Part shown: piece after piece, positions 59,996-64,000 of the stretch
Numbering within the stretch: position 1 is the first letter of the stretch
How the letters are laid out: each line of letters begins with the position of its first letter
Origin: Ranitomeya imitator
Lineage: Eukaryota
NCBI RefSeq assembly: GCF_032444005.1
Contig: NC_091283.1
Coordinates: 834,334,001 to 834,398,000 of the forward strand
Direction of reading: 5' to 3'
Length of the DNA: 64,000 nt
Position numbers and translations under genes: made by a program
Notes under the pieces: model-generated
Database searches by the model: none
What the model saw: only the letters and a program-made list of their open reading frames with translations
What the model was told of the DNA's origin: nothing

Positions 59996-62900
59996 TACAC
60001 CCTACAATCTATACCATACACTCTATACCCTACACTCTACACTCTATACCATACACTCTATACCCTACACTCTACACTTTATACCCTACACTCTATACCC
60101 TACACTCTATAACCTACACTCTATACCCTACACGCTATACCCTACACTCTATACCCTACACTATATACCCTACACTCTACACCCTACACTCTATACCCTA
60201 CACCCTATACCCTACACTCTATACCCTAATCTCTACACCCTACACTCTATACCCTACACTCTATAACCTACACTCTATACCCTACACTCTACACTCTATA
60301 CCCTACACTCTATACCCTACACTCTATACCATACACTCTATACCATACACTTTATCCCCTACACTCTATACCATACACTCTACACTCTATACCCTACACT
60401 CTATACCCTACACTCTGCACTCTATACCCTACACTCTATAACCTACACTCTATACCCGATTGTGAGCCCCATCGGGGACAGTGATGATAATGTGTGCAAA
60501 CTGTAAAGCGCTGCGGAATATGTTAGCGCTATATAAAAATAAAGATTATTTTATTATTTTTTTACACGCTACACTCTATACCCTACACTCTATACCCTAC
60601 AATCTATACCATACACTCTATACCATACACTCTATACCCTACACTCTATACCCTACACTCTACACTCTATACCCTACACTCTACACTCTATACCCTACAC
60701 TCTATGCCCTACAATCTATACCATACACTCTATACCATACACTCTATACCCTACACTCTATACCTCACCCTCTACACTCTATCCCCTGCACTCTATACCA
60801 TACACTCTACACTCTATACCCTACACTCTACACCCTACACTCTACACTCTATACCCTACACTCTATACCCTACACTCTACACTCTATACCCTACACTCTA
60901 CACTCTATACCCTACACTCTATACCCTACAATCTATACCATACACTCTATACCATACACTCTACACCCTACACTCTATACCCTACACTCTATACCCTACA
61001 CTCTATACCCTACACTCTATACCATACACTCTATACCCTACACTCTATACCTCACACTCTACACTCTATCCCCTGCACTCTATACCATACACTCTACACT
61101 CTATACCCTACACTCTACACTCTATACCCTACACTCTATACCCTACACTCTATACCCTACACTCTATACCATACACTCTATACCCTACACTCTATACCTC
61201 ACACTCTACACTCTATCCCCTGCACTCTATACCATACACTCTACACTCTATACCCTACACTCTACACTCTATACCCTACACTCTATACCCTACAATCTAT
61301 ACCATACACTCTATACCATACACTCTATACCCTACCCTCTATACCCTACACTCTACACTCTATACCCTACACTCTATACCCTACACTCTACACTCTATAC
61401 CCTACAATCTACACTCTATACCCTACACTCTATACCCTACAATCTATACCATACACTCTATACCATACACTCTATACCCTACACTCTATACCTCACACTC
61501 TACACTCTATCCCCTGCACTCTATACCATACACTCTACACTCTATACCCTACATTCTATACCCTACACTCTATACCCTACACTCTAAACTTTATACCCTA
61601 CACTCTACACTCTATACCCTACACTCTATACCCTACAATCTATACCATACACTCCTTACCATACACTCTATACCCTACACTCTATACCTCACACTCTACA
61701 CTCTATCCCCTACAGTCTACACTCTATACCCTACACTCTATACCCTACAATCTATACCATACACTCTATACCCTACCCTCTATACCCTACACCCTACAAT
61801 CTATACCATACACTCTATACCATACACTCTATACCCTACACTCTATACCTCACACTCTACACTCTATCCCCTGCACTCTATTACCATGCACTCTACACTC
61901 TATACCCTACACTCTATACCCTACACTCTACACTCTATACCTTACACTCCATACCCTACACGCTATACCATACACTCTATACCATACACTCTATACCCTA
62001 CACTCTATACCATACACTCTACACTATATACCCTACACTCTATACCCTACAATCTACACTCTATACACTACACTCTATACCCTACACTCTACACTCTATA
62101 CCCTACGCTCTATACCATACACTCTATACCCTAAACTCTATACCATACACACTATACCCTACACTCTATACCCTACACTCTATACCCTACACTCTATACG
62201 CTACACTCTATACCCTACACCTTATACTCTACACTCTATACCCTACACTCTATACCCTACACTCTATACCATACACTCTATACCCTACACTCTACACTCT
62301 ATACCTTACACTCAATACCCTACACTCTATACCCTACACTCTATACCCTACACTCTACACTCTATACCCTAAACTCTACACTCTATACTCTACACTCTAC
62401 AACATACACTCTATACCCTACACTTTATACTCTACACTCTATACCCTACACTCTACACACTATACCCTACACTCTATACCATACACTCTACACCCTACAC
62501 TCTATACCCTACACTCTATACCCTACACTCTATACCATACACTCTAATCTCTATACCATACACTCTATACCCTACACTCTATAACATACATTCTACACCC
62601 TACAATCTATACCATACACTCTATACCCTACACTCTACACTCTATACCATACACTCTATACCCTACACTCTACACTTTATACCCTACACTCTATACCCTA
62701 CACTCTATAACCTACACTCTATACCCTACACGCTATACCCTACACTCTATACCCTACACTCTATACCCTACACTATATACCCTACACTCTACACCCTACA
62801 CTCTATACCCTACACCCTATACCCTACACTCTATACCCTACACTCTAAACTTTATACCCTACACTCTACACTCTATACCCTACAATCTATACCATACACT

Positions 62901-64000
62901 CCTTACCATACACTCTATACCCTACACTCTATACCTCACACTCTACACTCTATCCCCTACAGTCTACACTCTATACCCTACACTCTATACCCTACAATCT
63001 ATACCATACACTCTATACCATACACTCTATACCCTACCCTCTATACCCTACACCCTACAATCTATACCATACACTCTATACCATACACTCTATACCCTAC
63101 ACTCTATACCTCACACTCTACACTCTATCCCCTGCACTCTATTACCATGCACTCTACACTCTATACCCTACACTCTATACCCTACACTCTACACTCTATA
63201 CCTTACACTCCATACCCTACACGCTATACCATACACTCTATACCATACACTCTATACCCTACACTCTATACCATACACTCTACACTATATACCCTACACT
63301 CTATACCCTACAATCTACACTCTATACACTACACTCTATACCCTACACTCTACACTCTATACCCTACGCTCTATACCATACACTCTATACCCTAAACTCT
63401 ATACCATACACACTATACCCTACACTCTATACCCTACACTCTATACCCTACACTCTATACGCTACACTCTACACTCTATACCCTACACCTTATACTCTAC
63501 ACTCTATACCCTACACTCTATACCCTACACTCTATACCATACACTCTATACCCTACACTCTACACTCTATACCTTACACTCAATACCCTACACTCTATAC
63601 CCTACACTCTATACCCTACACTCTACACTCTATACCCTAAACTCTACACTCTATACTCTACACTCTACAACATACACTCTATACCCTACACTTTATACTC
63701 TACACTCTATACCCTACACTCTACACACTATACCCTACACTCTATACCATACACTCTACACCCTACACTCTATACCCTACACTCTATACCCTACACTCTA
63801 TACCATACACTCTAATCTCTATACCATACACTCTATACCCTACACTCTCTAACATACATTCTACACCCTACAATCTATACCATACACTCTATACCCTACA
63901 CTCTACACTCTATACCATACACTCTATACCCTACACTCTACACTTTATACCCTACACTCTATACCCTACACTCTATAACCTACACTCTATACCCTACACG
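59996..64000 (+). repeat. 14-bp satellite, C-rich orientation (runs off the window)
   Basis: Strand switch at TGTATACA 59992-59999. Confidence 0.97.
60458..60563 (+). mobile_element. L2-type short retroposon inserted in satellite
   Basis: GATTGTGAGCCCC...TGTAAAGCGCTGCGGAATATGTTAGCGCTATATAAAAATAAAG(ATT)n. Confidence 0.75.

Noticed and set aside
49840-63395. Long Y/T/L/H/P-rich ORFs (up to 908 aa)
   Set aside because: Translations of the 14-bp satellite; no domain content and many lack an ATG start.

Overview
Vertebrate genomic DNA, most likely an anuran (frog), inferred from its MITE, LINE and satellite content. Three protein-coding genes can be reconstructed from splice sites. PEX5 is on the + strand (15 coding exons, 5522-15748, 622 aa, long PEX7-binding form). 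NECAP1 is on the - strand (8 coding exons, 29171-19971, 267 aa). A single-coding-exon C3a anaphylatoxin receptor, C3AR1, is on the + strand (39674-40762, 362 aa). Roughly half of the window is tandem repeat, about ten unrelated families with 14- to 197-bp units; nearly all long ORFs in the supplied track are artefacts of these arrays. Harbinger-, T2/Kolobok- and piggyBac-type MITEs, solo LTRs, L2-type 3' tails and Penelope-like fragments are interspersed. Most notable observations: (i) a 29-nt minisatellite that has multiplied a NECAP1 splice donor seven times; (ii) a minimal hammerhead-ribozyme motif in a Penelope-like insertion with a 16-bp target-site duplication; (iii) a 60-nt minisatellite apparently amplified from L2 ORF2; (iv) a 197-bp satellite island held between inverted arms of a 14-bp satellite, which switches strand again at about 59995; (v) an ETS/AP-1 composite site at the predicted C3AR1 first exon. 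No prokaryotic features, CRISPR arrays, tRNA or rRNA genes were found. Family assignments come from recalled consensus features, not database searches.
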